DNA from: a bacterium
GTDB taxonomy: Bacteria; Bacillota_I; Bacilli_A; Acholeplasmatales; Acholeplasmataceae
Direction of reading: 5' to 3'
Assembly: GCA_018623895.1 (NCBI GenBank)
Contig: JAAZUY010000001.1
Location: 1 to 31,509 of the forward strand
DNA length: 31,509 nt
Part shown: one piece after another, positions 1-8,565 of the stretch
Position numbering within the stretch: the stretch's first letter is position 1
Layout of the letters: each line of letters begins with the position of its first letter
The notes under the pieces: model-generated
Seen by the model: only the letters and a program-made list of their open reading frames with translations
What the model was told of the DNA's origin: nothing
The model's database searches: none
Position numbers and translations under genes: made by a program

Positions 1-268
1 CTTATCTATTCTAGAAATTAATGAAGAGCTTATTTATTCTGAATGGCCAACATATGATCAGAAAAAGACAGAAGAAAAGGACGTTCAAATTGTTGTACAA
101 GTTAATGGAAAATTGAGAGCAAAAATAAATATGAAGAGAGATGAAAATCAAAAGAATATCGAAAATGCTGCATTTGAACAAGAAAATGTAAAAAAATTTA
201 CAGAGAATTTAAAAATATATAAGATTATTTACATAAAAAATAAGTTAATAAATATTGTGGTTAAATAA
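1..268 (+). CDS. leuS: Leucyl-tRNA synthetase, C-terminal fragment (5' truncated by window)
   Basis: Frame starting at nt 2 is open to TAA 266-268: ...YSEWPTYD...VQIVVQVNGKLRAKI...KIIYIKNKLINIVVK*. This matches the LeuRS C-terminal VQVNGKLR and KLINIV motifs. Confidence 0.9.
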   Translation, partial: LSILEINEELIYSEWPTYDQKKTEEKDVQIVVQVNGKLRAKINMKRDENQKNIENAAFEQENVKKFTENLKIYKIIYIKNKLINIVVK

Positions 269-280
269 ATTTTAAAAAAA

Positions 281-311
281 TACCAATAAATATATTACAT
301 TTATCGTATTA
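281..311 (+). promoter_or_regulatory. Putative ECF-sigma promoter P1 (TACCAATAAA-N14-CGTATTA) upstream of the sigma gene
   Basis: Both boxes and the 14-nt spacer recur exactly at 1819-1849. A CGTA -10 core is typical of ECF promoters. Confidence 0.7.
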
Positions 312-324
312 TAAGTGAGAAGAT

Positions 325-834
325 ATGGATCGACTATCTATTTTTGTTAAAGCATTTAAATCCGGTGATTTCAAAAAATTTGAGTTGTTTTATGATCTTG
401 TTTCTCCAGCAATTTTTTTTACAGTAAAAAAATATATAAAAGATGCAATGATTATAGAGGATATTATGCAGGAAGTCATGTTAAAATTTATTAACAATAT
501 TCATAATGTTGATCCAAAAAAAAATATCAAAAGCTATTTGACAACAATTGCTAGAAATAAATCAATTGATTTGTTAAGAAGTAAAAAAAATCTTGAGTAT
601 GATGATAATCACATATATCAACTAGAAATTGATTACGACTATGAAAATAAGTATATATGGCTTTTGGATACTTTAGACAAGAAGAAAAGAGAAATAGTTT
701 ATTTAAGAGTAATTGAAGAATTAAAGTTTAAAGACATTGCTGTTATTGTTGAAGAACCTCTCAATACTGTTTTATGGAGATATAGAGAAGCTATGAAAAA
801 GTTAAAAAAGGAGTTAAAGAATAGTGAGACTTAA
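325..834 (+). CDS. ECF-type RNA polymerase sigma factor (sigma-70 family), 169 aa
   Basis: Region 2 (EDIMQEVMLK...YLTTIARNKSIDLLR) and region 4 HTH (LRVIEELKFKDIAVIVEEPLNTVLWRY). Size is typical of ECF sigmas. Confidence 0.9.
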   Translation: MDRLSIFVKAFKSGDFKKFELFYDLVSPAIFFTVKKYIKDAMIIEDIMQEVMLKFINNIHNVDPKKNIKSYLTTIARNKSIDLLRSKKNLEYDDNHIYQLEIDYDYENKYIWLLDTLDKKKREIVYLRVIEELKFKDIAVIVEEPLNTVLWRYREAMKKLKKELKNSET

Positions 835-1813
835 GAGTATTATAAAATCCTTAGCAAAAAAATCAGAAATTCCTCAAATCAGTAAGTCTATATTGAAAAA
901 CATTAATATCAATAAAAGAAAAAACTATTTTGATTTTCGTATGCTGACTTTACAAATATCTTCAATCCTAATTCTTTTGATTGGATTTTTTATATTCACT
1001 AATAACTTTCAAAGTAATATTTATGCTTTTTCTAATTATGATGAAGTTTTGATGAATGCCACAAAAATTGCTTATTCCTATGAAGAAATGGAAGAAGAAC
1101 AATCTTTAATTTCAAATACCACATTTAATGAAGAACAATATAAAAAACTTCTCAGAGAGGAAATGCCGATGCTTTCAAAATTTGTTAGTAAATTTGAATC
1201 AATTCTGTTTAGTAACAAAAAGAATTATTCAAAATCAATTTTTGAAAAAGATATCAACTATAGCTTTAATTATATGGATTTCAACAATGAATCATTTGAT
1301 CATGATATAAAATTATCAAAAAAGTTCAGAAACAATAATGAAGATAGATTTGATTTCAACGGTAAAATAAATAGTGAATTTGAATTTGAGGGGAGCACAG
1401 ATTATGATCAAAATAGGCACCTCTTTAACATAGAAATTAGAATGAGAAAATTTACTTTTAATATATCTTATGATGATGAATCGAAAAAATATAAGAAGAC
1501 AGTTTTTTTCAATGAAAATCATATTTTTGAATACTATTTTGTTATAAGTTATGATAAATATGATTTACCTAAGGTAGAAATTGATTACACTAGAGAAAAT
1601 TCAAATATCTCAATTATTATATCCAGAAACTTTAAGAAAAAAGGAATAAAAATTGAATATGATATCGATAAAGATATCCTAATGCAAGGATATATGATTA
1701 TTACTCTTAAGGGTAAAATAAAATATAATTTAGAAATATTTGACGATTCAGGAATTTCATTTGAATATGATTGTTACAGGCCATTTATAAGAAGGCGATT
1801 AAATAATTTTTAA
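824..1813 (+). CDS. Single-pass membrane protein, putative anti-sigma factor, 329 aa
   Basis: GTG start overlaps the sigma gene by 11 nt, with AAGGAG at 808-813. About 40-aa basic cytoplasmic N-terminus, one TM (LTLQISSILILLIGFFIF), and a large beta-rich extracellular part. The function is inferred from position and topology. Confidence 0.6.
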   Translation: MRLKSIIKSLAKKSEIPQISKSILKNININKRKNYFDFRMLTLQISSILILLIGFFIFTNNFQSNIYAFSNYDEVLMNATKIAYSYEEMEEEQSLISNTTFNEEQYKKLLREEMPMLSKFVSKFESILFSNKKNYSKSIFEKDINYSFNYMDFNNESFDHDIKLSKKFRNNNEDRFDFNGKINSEFEFEGSTDYDQNRHLFNIEIRMRKFTFNISYDDESKKYKKTVFFNENHIFEYYFVISYDKYDLPKVEIDYTRENSNISIIISRNFKKKGIKIEYDIDKDILMQGYMIITLKGKIKYNLEIFDDSGISFEYDCYRPFIRRRLNNF

Positions 1814-1818
1814 AAATT

Positions 1819-1849
1819 TACCAATAAAAATATAGTTTATAACGTATTA
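1819..1849 (+). promoter_or_regulatory. Putative ECF-sigma promoter P2 (TACCAATAAA-N14-CGTATTA)
   Basis: Identical boxes and spacing to 281-311. It sits just upstream of the GAGGAG RBS (1855-1860). Confidence 0.7.
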
Positions 1850-1867
1850 GATATGAGGAGAATATTT

Positions 1868-2635
1868 ATGAAAAAAATTATATGGATTTTAGTAGTATTT
1901 GCTGGATTAAGTTTGATTTTTTTTGGGGTCAGCAGAATAGATTCATCAGCTAGAGAAGCAGAAGCATACCTCGATATTGTAATGAATGTAGATGAAGATA
2001 ATATATATGATGAAGAAACTTTTCCACGAGTAAGAAATAGAAGATTTGGGAAACCTATTTTATTTTTAAAAATAGGTCAGACTATTAAAGAGAAAATTGT
2101 TATGAAAGCAGAAGAGTTAGGAATTGAACCAAACGAATATGTTCTCTCTGTAACAATATCAACATATTCTGAATTGTATGATTACGAAGAAATGATTGAC
2201 AACTTTTCAAATTTAAATGAAGAAGAAAAAGAAAATTATATAAATGAGTTGAAAGCTTTTTTAGTTGAAAATTCTGAGATTCTTAGAGAAAAGTTAGACG
2301 AGATAAAAAATGAAATACATCCATTATTAAATGATATAAGAGAAAACTTCAAAGGAAGAATTAGATCAATTTTCAGAGACTTAAAAGCTACGAGCGATGA
2401 AACAGAAATAAATAATTTGAAAGAAGAACTGAGACAGATCAAAGAAGAGATTGAATTTGAACTAAGTAAAGTAGAGGAAACGTTTTTAGCAAGATTAGAA
2501 GAAGAAAAAATTGCTGTTGAGGGGTTATACGGATATTTTATTCATAAGAATGAAGATGTAATAAAAGACAGATTATCATTATTTGAAAAAAGATTTCCAA
2601 GAATATATAAAAGAGTTAAAGATTATATAAAATAA
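1868..2635 (+). CDS. Hypothetical N-terminally anchored or secreted acidic helical protein (probable ECF target)
   Basis: The ORF track starts at 1853, but ATG 1868 has GAGGAG 7 nt upstream and gives MKK plus a hydrophobic segment. The C-terminal half is E/K/L-rich and amphipathic. Confidence 0.75.
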   Translation: MKKIIWILVVFAGLSLIFFGVSRIDSSAREAEAYLDIVMNVDEDNIYDEETFPRVRNRRFGKPILFLKIGQTIKEKIVMKAEELGIEPNEYVLSVTISTYSELYDYEEMIDNFSNLNEEEKENYINELKAFLVENSEILREKLDEIKNEIHPLLNDIRENFKGRIRSIFRDLKATSDETEINNLKEELRQIKEEIEFELSKVEETFLARLEEEKIAVEGLYGYFIHKNEDVIKDRLSLFEKRFPRIYKRVKDYIK

Positions 2636-2660
2636 AAAGCACAAACGTGCTTTTTATTTT
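2629..2660. terminator. Bidirectional intrinsic terminator
   Basis: Perfect 14-bp inverted repeat AAAATAAAAAGCAC-AAAC-GTGCTTTTTATTTT between convergent genes, overlapping both stop codons. Confidence 0.85.
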
Positions 2661-3178
2661 GGTGTGATCCAAATTAAAACAGGAGCAGTTTGGTTTTGGT
2701 AATATCGAGTAACTAAAGTTCTATGATTTGAAAAAGTTTTGCTTATTTCTAGTATTGAAATTAATTCTTTTTTCCCTTCTTCATGACCGGGATAACTCAT
2801 AATAATAATTTCAGATTTTGGATAACTAAGGGTGATCTTTCGTAATGTTTTTATGGTATCTATTGATTTAGTTGTTATTTTTTTATCTTTGCCAGGAAGA
2901 TATCCTAGATTAAAAATAAAGTGATTACAAGCCGAAAAGTAATTAGTAAAATTTACAAATGAGTCATTTATGTATGTGATGTTTGATTTATGTTTAAGAC
3001 GGAATTTAGTTTCTTCAATAGCAATTTTTTGAATGTCTATTGAGTATACATGGTTGCAAATGTTTGATAAAAATTCAGTGTCATAACCGTTACCGCAAGT
3101 CATATCACAAACTACGTCAGTTTTTTTTACAAGAGATGAAATAAGTTGATGATTGATATGTAGAATGTTCTTCCTCAT
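2654..3178 (-). CDS. mnmM: SAM-dependent tRNA methyltransferase, YtqB/MnmM family
   Basis: Motifs DMTCGNGYDT, FNLGYLPGKDKKITT and YPGHEEGKKE. Confidence 0.8.
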   Translation of the reverse strand: MRKNILHINHQLISSLVKKTDVVCDMTCGNGYDTEFLSNICNHVYSIDIQKIAIEETKFRLKHKSNITYINDSFVNFTNYFSACNHFIFNLGYLPGKDKKITTKSIDTIKTLRKITLSYPKSEIIIMSYPGHEEGKKELISILEISKTFSNHRTLVTRYYQNQTAPVLIWITPK

Positions 3179-3261
3179 TAATGACTTCCTTAATCACAAA
3201 TTTATATATATATAATATATTATCATAATTTGAGTTTTCTTGATTATGACGAATAGTGTTA

Positions 3262-3270
3262 TGATATAAT
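3262..3270 (+). promoter_or_regulatory. Extended -10 sigmaA promoter (TGnTATAAT) for polC
   Basis: TG-A-TATAAT lies about 60 nt upstream of the polC start. No convincing -35 at 17 nt. Confidence 0.5.
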
Positions 3271-3329
3271 ATTTATTGAATATTTGTTTATTATAAATTA
3301 AAAAAATTACGCCTTAAGGAGTAAGAAAA

Positions 3330-6300
3330 TTGCATACAATTGATGTTTATTTGAAGAAATCAAATCTTAGCTCAGAAACTAAATCAAACATTAGTTTTTC
3401 ACATGCTGAATTTTCAAAAAGCAGTAAAATTGTAGAACTATATTTCAATTTAAATAAAGTTTTTGATATACATATTCTTAAAAACATTTCAAATCAAATA
3501 AAAAGCTATTATATTAAAGAAATGGAAAATTTAGAAGTTTATTATATCCAAAGAAAAAAAGTTAAAAAAGATCAAATTTTAAATTACTTAGAAACTATTG
3601 TTCATGATTTTTCAAAGAAAAGACCTAGTGCAAGTGTTTTAAAAAATTTTGAATGTGAAGTCAAGGATGATAAAATCACTTATTTCATTGATTCTGACTC
3701 TAAGTTTATTGAGCAACATTTCAATAGTTTAGAAAATGAATTTCTTCGATTTGGAATCGATTTAAAAATCTCATTTAAAGTTTTAGAGGAGATTCCCAGG
3801 ACTACTTTAATGGTTGAGCACGAAAAAAAGGAAATTGACGCAGTTTATGAACAAAAAAGAAAACTTGAACTTAATAAAAAAATCAATTTTTCAAAAAATT
3901 TAATAGTCAAAAAAAGCAAAAATAAAATGAATATAAACGAAATACCATCTAATCAAGTGGAATTGGATAACTACTTAAATAATATAGGTAACTCTCAATG
4001 TATTCTTGAAGGAGAGGTAACAACCCTTGAAATAAGAGATTTAAGAAACGGTTCTAAATTACTTATCTTAACGATATCGGATTTGGATGATTCAATAATT
4101 GTAAAAAAATTTATTAACAATGAGAGAGAATATGGATTCTCCAAATCTATTGAAATAGGAAATAGCTTACAAGTTACGGGCAATTTTAATTTCGATTCTT
4201 ATCAAAGAGAAGTTGTTGTTATGGCTAGAAGTATTAAATTTTTGGATGTTGAAAAAGCAATAAGAAAAGATACAGCTAAGACCAAAAGAGTTGAATTTCA
4301 CATTCATTCAACTATGAGTAACTTGGATGGTATAGAAAAAATATCAGAATACGTTAAAACGGTCTCTGAATGGGGGCATAATGCTTTAGCTTTGACTGAT
4401 CATGATGGAGTATATGGTTTTCCTGAATTTGAGAAAGCAACAAAAAAATATAATATAAAACCTATATACGGTTCTGAGTTATCAGTTGTAAACTGTAAGG
4501 ATTTTAAAGTAATAAAAGATGTTGCTGAAGGTTTGAAACTTATTGATTTAACGTATACAGTATTTGATATTGAAACTACAGGGCTTTCTGCGTCATACAA
4601 CAAAATTATTGAGATTGCTGCTTTAAAGATTAAAAATGGTGTTATATTAGAAAGGTTTCAAGAATTTATTAATCCAAATGAAAAATTAAGTGATTTTACA
4701 ACAAAACTTACATCAATTACTGATGATATGCTCAAAGGAAAAGCTGAATCAGAAGAAGTATTAAAAAAATTTATGTTATTCGTTGAGGGTACTGTTCTTG
4801 TAGCACATAATGCAGACTTTGACTCGGGCTTTATAGAGAAAAAAATGCAAAAATTTGGCATAAAAAAAACTTATTTTGGAGTTATTGATACTCTTCAAAT
4901 TTCAAGAATTTTATACAATGAAAAGCTCAAAAGATTTAATTTAAAATCTTTAGCTAAGCATTTTAAGATACAGCAAGAAAGTCATCATAGGGCTGAAGAC
5001 GATACAAGAGTTACAACAGAATTATGGATTATCATGCTTCAGGATTTACATTCTCAGGGCTATAAAAATACAAGTGACTTAATCAAATTAAATGACCATG
5101 AAGATGCATATAAATTTTTAATACCACATCATATGAATGTTCTTGTATCAGAACAAAAAGGACTGAAAAATCTTTATGAGATAATTTCTGAAAGCTTGAC
5201 TTCAAATTATTTTAAAGGCGCACGAAACCTTAGAAAATTTCTTGATCTAAAAAGAGAGGGGCTTTTGTTCGGTAGCGGATGTTATAGAGGAGAAGTGTTC
5301 CAAACAGCTCTTAACAAAGGACAAGACAAATTAAAAAAAATAATATCTTATTACGATTACGTTGAAATACAACCGCTAGGGTTTTATGAACATGTTATTG
5401 AACAGTATAGTAAAGATACTGTTTTAAGAACATTGAGATCTATAATAAATGTTGCTAATGAAATGAATGTCCTTGTTATAGCCTCAAGTGACGCACATTA
5501 TATTAGTGAAAATGATAAATTTTACAGAGATATTTATATTCGAACTCCACAAGTTGGAGGCGGTTTGCATGATCTCAAAAGATACAACAAAGTACCAACA
5601 CAAAATCTATTGACAACAAATGAAATGCTTGAAGAAATTAAAGAAATAGATAGTGATTATGAGAACATAGTAATCCATAATACTGTAAAATTGGCATCAA
5701 AAATTGATAGCATTAATTTATTACCTACAGGTCTTTTGACTATAAAAGATGATGCATTTAAAGAAAAACTTCAAATTCAAAGTATTGAAAAAGAATTAAA
5801 AAGGATTGTTGAAAATCAACTAAAAAATAAATATGGAACAAATCCTCATCCAATAGTTTTAGATAGAGTGCAAGGCGAATTGAAAAAAATTATTAGTAAT
5901 AAATTTGCTCCAATTTATTATGTTTCCCATCTTTTGGTAAAAAAGTCTCTCAGTGATGGATATTTAGTTGGTTCACGTGGATCAGTGGGCTCATCTTTGA
6001 TTGCAACACTAATGTCAATTACAGAGGTTAATCCATTAAAGCCTCATTACGTCTGTCCTGAATGTTTTTATACTGCCTTTCATATTAAAGGTGAATTATA
6101 TTCCAAATACGGATTTCAAAAACAAGAAAAAGACTTACAAATTTATTTTGATAATGTTTATTGTGGTTTTGATCTTCCTAATTTGAATTGTCCAATATGT
6201 AGTGTTCCATTATTAAAGGAAGGTCATGATATACCATTTGAAACATTTTTAGGCTTTGATGGAGACAAAATACCCGACATTGATTTAAATTTTAGCGGAG

Positions 6301-7757
6301 AGTATCAATCAAAAGCACACAATTATATAAGAAATTTGGTTGGAAAATCTCAAACTTTTCGAGCCGGGACTATTCAAACAATAGCAGAAAGAAATGCTTA
6401 CGGTTATGTAAAAGGTTATTTAGAAGATCATAATATTAATTTAAGAAATGCTCAAGTTAGCCGAATTGCCAAAAAGTTAGAGGGTGTAAAAAGATCAACT
6501 GGACAACATCCTGGAGGTATTATTGTAGTTCCAGAGGGTCATAACATACATGAGATTACTCCAATACAGTACCCTGCAAATAATACCAATTCGGAATGGT
6601 ATACAACTCATTTTGATTACCATGCATTTGAAGATAATCTTCTAAAGCTTGATATATTAGGCCATGATGATCCTACAATGATAAAATATTTAATGGATTA
6701 TGTTAATAAAAATCCTGAAAAATTTCCTTTTGATAATGCAAAAAATATTCCATTGGATGATCCAAAAGTAATAAAAATGTTTTCAGAGACGGCTGTCTTA
6801 GGGATTGATAAAAAAGAATTAATGAGTGACATTGCATCTTTTGCAATTCCAGAGTTCAATACAAACTTTACAAGACAAATGTTATCTGATATTAAACCAA
6901 ATACTTTTGCAGAACTAGTTAAAGTTTCAGGCCTTTCTCACGGAACTAATGTATATTTAAGTAATTCGCAAGATCTTATTAAAGGAAGTACTTCATATGG
7001 AAAAATTGAGGTAAAAAATATAATTGGTTGCAGAGATGACATAATGGTTCAATTAATTTCTTTTGGTCTTGAAAAAAGCAAGGCATTTGAAATTATGGAA
7101 TTTGTTAGAAGAGGAAATCCAAGTAAAAAACCTGATGAATGGTTAAATTATGAATCTGAAATGAGACTTTCTGGTGTTCCTGACTGGTACATATGGTCAT
7201 GCCAAAAAATAAAGTATATGTTTCCAAAATCACACGCAACTGCATATGTAATGATGGCTTTAAGAATTGCTTGGTTTAAAATACATCACCCGTTATTATT
7301 TTATAGTGCATATTTTTCTAAAAGAGCAGAAAAATTTGATTATGAGAGAATGCTAGCGGGTCCCCAAGCAATAAAAAATAAGATTAAATCATTGCAAATG
7401 GAACCAAGACTAACTCAAAAAGATGAAAATGTATTAACAACAATGCTTGTTGCATATGAATTTGTACTAAGAGGATTCAAATTTAAAAAAGTCCATATTT
7501 CAAAATCTGACCCATCAGTTTTTTTAATGGAAGATAATTCTTTAAGAATGCCTTTCACTTCAATAGATGGTTTGGGATTAAGTGTTGCTAATGATATTTT
7601 AGAAAAAAGAAAAGAAAAACCATTTGAAACAAAAGATGAGATCAAGAGTAGAACAAAAATTAATCAAACAATCTTTGAACTTTTAAATTCATATGGTGCC
7701 TTTGACGAATTGAAAGATAAAAAGACAATTTCTAATCAGGGTCTGTTTGCACTTTAG
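3330..7757 (+). CDS. polC: DNA polymerase III PolC-type alpha subunit, 1475 aa
   Basis: TTG start with AAGGAG RBS. OB fold, PHP (HIHSTMSNLDG, LTDHDG), embedded exonuclease (FDIETTG, HNADFD), Zn finger (CPEC...CPIC), catalytic PDIDLNFSG, and YMFPKSHA. Confidence 0.97.
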   Translation: MHTIDVYLKKSNLSSETKSNISFSHAEFSKSSKIVELYFNLNKVFDIHILKNISNQIKSYYIKEMENLEVYYIQRKKVKKDQILNYLETIVHDFSKKRPSASVLKNFECEVKDDKITYFIDSDSKFIEQHFNSLENEFLRFGIDLKISFKVLEEIPRTTLMVEHEKKEIDAVYEQKRKLELNKKINFSKNLIVKKSKNKMNINEIPSNQVELDNYLNNIGNSQCILEGEVTTLEIRDLRNGSKLLILTISDLDDSIIVKKFINNEREYGFSKSIEIGNSLQVTGNFNFDSYQREVVVMARSIKFLDVEKAIRKDTAKTKRVEFHIHSTMSNLDGIEKISEYVKTVSEWGHNALALTDHDGVYGFPEFEKATKKYNIKPIYGSELSVVNCKDFKVIKDVAEGLKLIDLTYTVFDIETTGLSASYNKIIEIAALKIKNGVILERFQEFINPNEKLSDFTTKLTSITDDMLKGKAESEEVLKKFMLFVEGTVLVAHNADFDSGFIEKKMQKFGIKKTYFGVIDTLQISRILYNEKLKRFNLKSLAKHFKIQQESHHRAEDDTRVTTELWIIMLQDLHSQGYKNTSDLIKLNDHEDAYKFLIPHHMNVLVSEQKGLKNLYEIISESLTSNYFKGARNLRKFLDLKREGLLFGSGCYRGEVFQTALNKGQDKLKKIISYYDYVEIQPLGFYEHVIEQYSKDTVLRTLRSIINVANEMNVLVIASSDAHYISENDKFYRDIYIRTPQVGGGLHDLKRYNKVPTQNLLTTNEMLEEIKEIDSDYENIVIHNTVKLASKIDSINLLPTGLLTIKDDAFKEKLQIQSIEKELKRIVENQLKNKYGTNPHPIVLDRVQGELKKIISNKFAPIYYVSHLLVKKSLSDGYLVGSRGSVGSSLIATLMSITEVNPLKPHYVCPECFYTAFHIKGELYSKYGFQKQEKDLQIYFDNVYCGFDLPNLNCPICSVPLLKEGHDIPFETFLGFDGDKIPDIDLNFSGEYQSKAHNYIRNLVGKSQTFRAGTIQTIAERNAYGYVKGYLEDHNINLRNAQVSRIAKKLEGVKRSTGQHPGGIIVVPEGHNIHEITPIQYPANNTNSEWYTTHFDYHAFEDNLLKLDILGHDDPTMIKYLMDYVNKNPEKFPFDNAKNIPLDDPKVIKMFSETAVLGIDKKELMSDIASFAIPEFNTNFTRQMLSDIKPNTFAELVKVSGLSHGTNVYLSNSQDLIKGSTSYGKIEVKNIIGCRDDIMVQLISFGLEKSKAFEIMEFVRRGNPSKKPDEWLNYESEMRLSGVPDWYIWSCQKIKYMFPKSHATAYVMMALRIAWFKIHHPLLFYSAYFSKRAEKFDYERMLAGPQAIKNKIKSLQMEPRLTQKDENVLTTMLVAYEFVLRGFKFKKVHISKSDPSVFLMEDNSLRMPFTSIDGLGLSVANDILEKRKEKPFETKDEIKSRTKINQTIFELLNSYGAFDELKDKKTISNQGLFAL

Positions 7758-7800
7758 TAAAATATGGTTTATAATTATTCATATTAAAATAAGAGGAAAA

Positions 7801-8526
7801 ATGAAAATATTTAATCCAATTTTAGACAAAATTAACACTAAATTATCATACGGTTCAAAAGCTTCCTTTCGAGGTATTAGCTTAAAGATATATATGCTTC
7901 TTTTTTTAGTAATGGTATCAGGATATTTAACCTTTACTTATGTTTCTTTAGAAAATTATTTTAATGTTGTAATAGTTTTTTCTCTTTCAAGTTTATTCTT
8001 AATTTTTATTGGATTTAGAAGAGATAGTTTTCCAGTGGTACTATCATTATTATATGCAATTTGTGAAGGGTGTGTTTTGGGTATAATAGTTAAACTGGCA
8101 GAGTCAGTTGTTCCGGGAATAGCTATTTCAGCGGCCTCTGCTACTTTAGTAGTATTTTTTGTTGTGCTCGTATTTTATTCCCAAAAAATTGTAGTTGTGA
8201 CTGAAAAATTTAGAAAAAACATGATAATAATATTTTTTTCAATTATTTGTTTCATACTGATAAATATTTTATTGGATTTTTTTGGTGGGTATAATTTGAT
8301 TTTTAATCAAGGTGATGCAATACTAATATCGATGATTGTTTCCTTTTTTATGGTGATATATTCTGCTTTTATGTTAATTTTACATTTTGATTTTGCAGAA
8401 AATGTTGTTAACGGTGGTCTAAGTGAATCACATGAATGGACTGTAGCAGTTGGTATCGTTATTTCGTTAATCTTTTTATATGTTGAAATATTAAGATTGA
8501 TGCTGTTAAATGCTATAAAAAAGTAG
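7801..8526 (+). CDS. Bax inhibitor-1/YccA-like multi-pass membrane protein
   Basis: About 7 hydrophobic segments and C-terminal FLYVEILRLM, as in the WLYxEILRLL subfamily. ATG 7801 follows AAGAGG. The ORF track start is 7747. Confidence 0.75.
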   Translation: MKIFNPILDKINTKLSYGSKASFRGISLKIYMLLFLVMVSGYLTFTYVSLENYFNVVIVFSLSSLFLIFIGFRRDSFPVVLSLLYAICEGCVLGIIVKLAESVVPGIAISAASATLVVFFVVLVFYSQKIVVVTEKFRKNMIIIFFSIICFILINILLDFFGGYNLIFNQGDAILISMIVSFFMVIYSAFMLILHFDFAENVVNGGLSESHEWTVAVGIVISLIFLYVEILRLMLLNAIKK

Positions 8527-8565
8527 AAATTATTTAAGATATTAAGGTTTTTGTGAGGTGTTTAA

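Noticed and set aside
325-834. Calling the sigma factor SigI because of the promoter shape
   Set aside because: The protein is short and has a conventional ECF region 4 HTH rather than the SigI C-terminal domain. It is kept as an unclassified ECF.
1128-2442. Short ORFs 1128-1310 (+), 1316-1522 (-) and 2236-2442 (-)
   Set aside because: They lie wholly inside longer genes, with no RBS or recognisable motifs. They look like shadow ORFs.
3203-3214. (TA)6 microsatellite in the mnmM/polC divergent region
   Set aside because: Short, in very AT-rich DNA, and not clearly within a promoter spacer.
3995-7645. Antisense ORFs inside polC (3995-4183, 4400-4603, 4658-4861, 7415-7645)
   Set aside because: Antisense shadows of a conserved gene. 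The S/F/I/L-rich composition is what the reverse frame gives.
3330-7757. Possible intein in PolC
   Set aside because: The length is normal for PolC and no splicing or LAGLIDADG motifs were seen.
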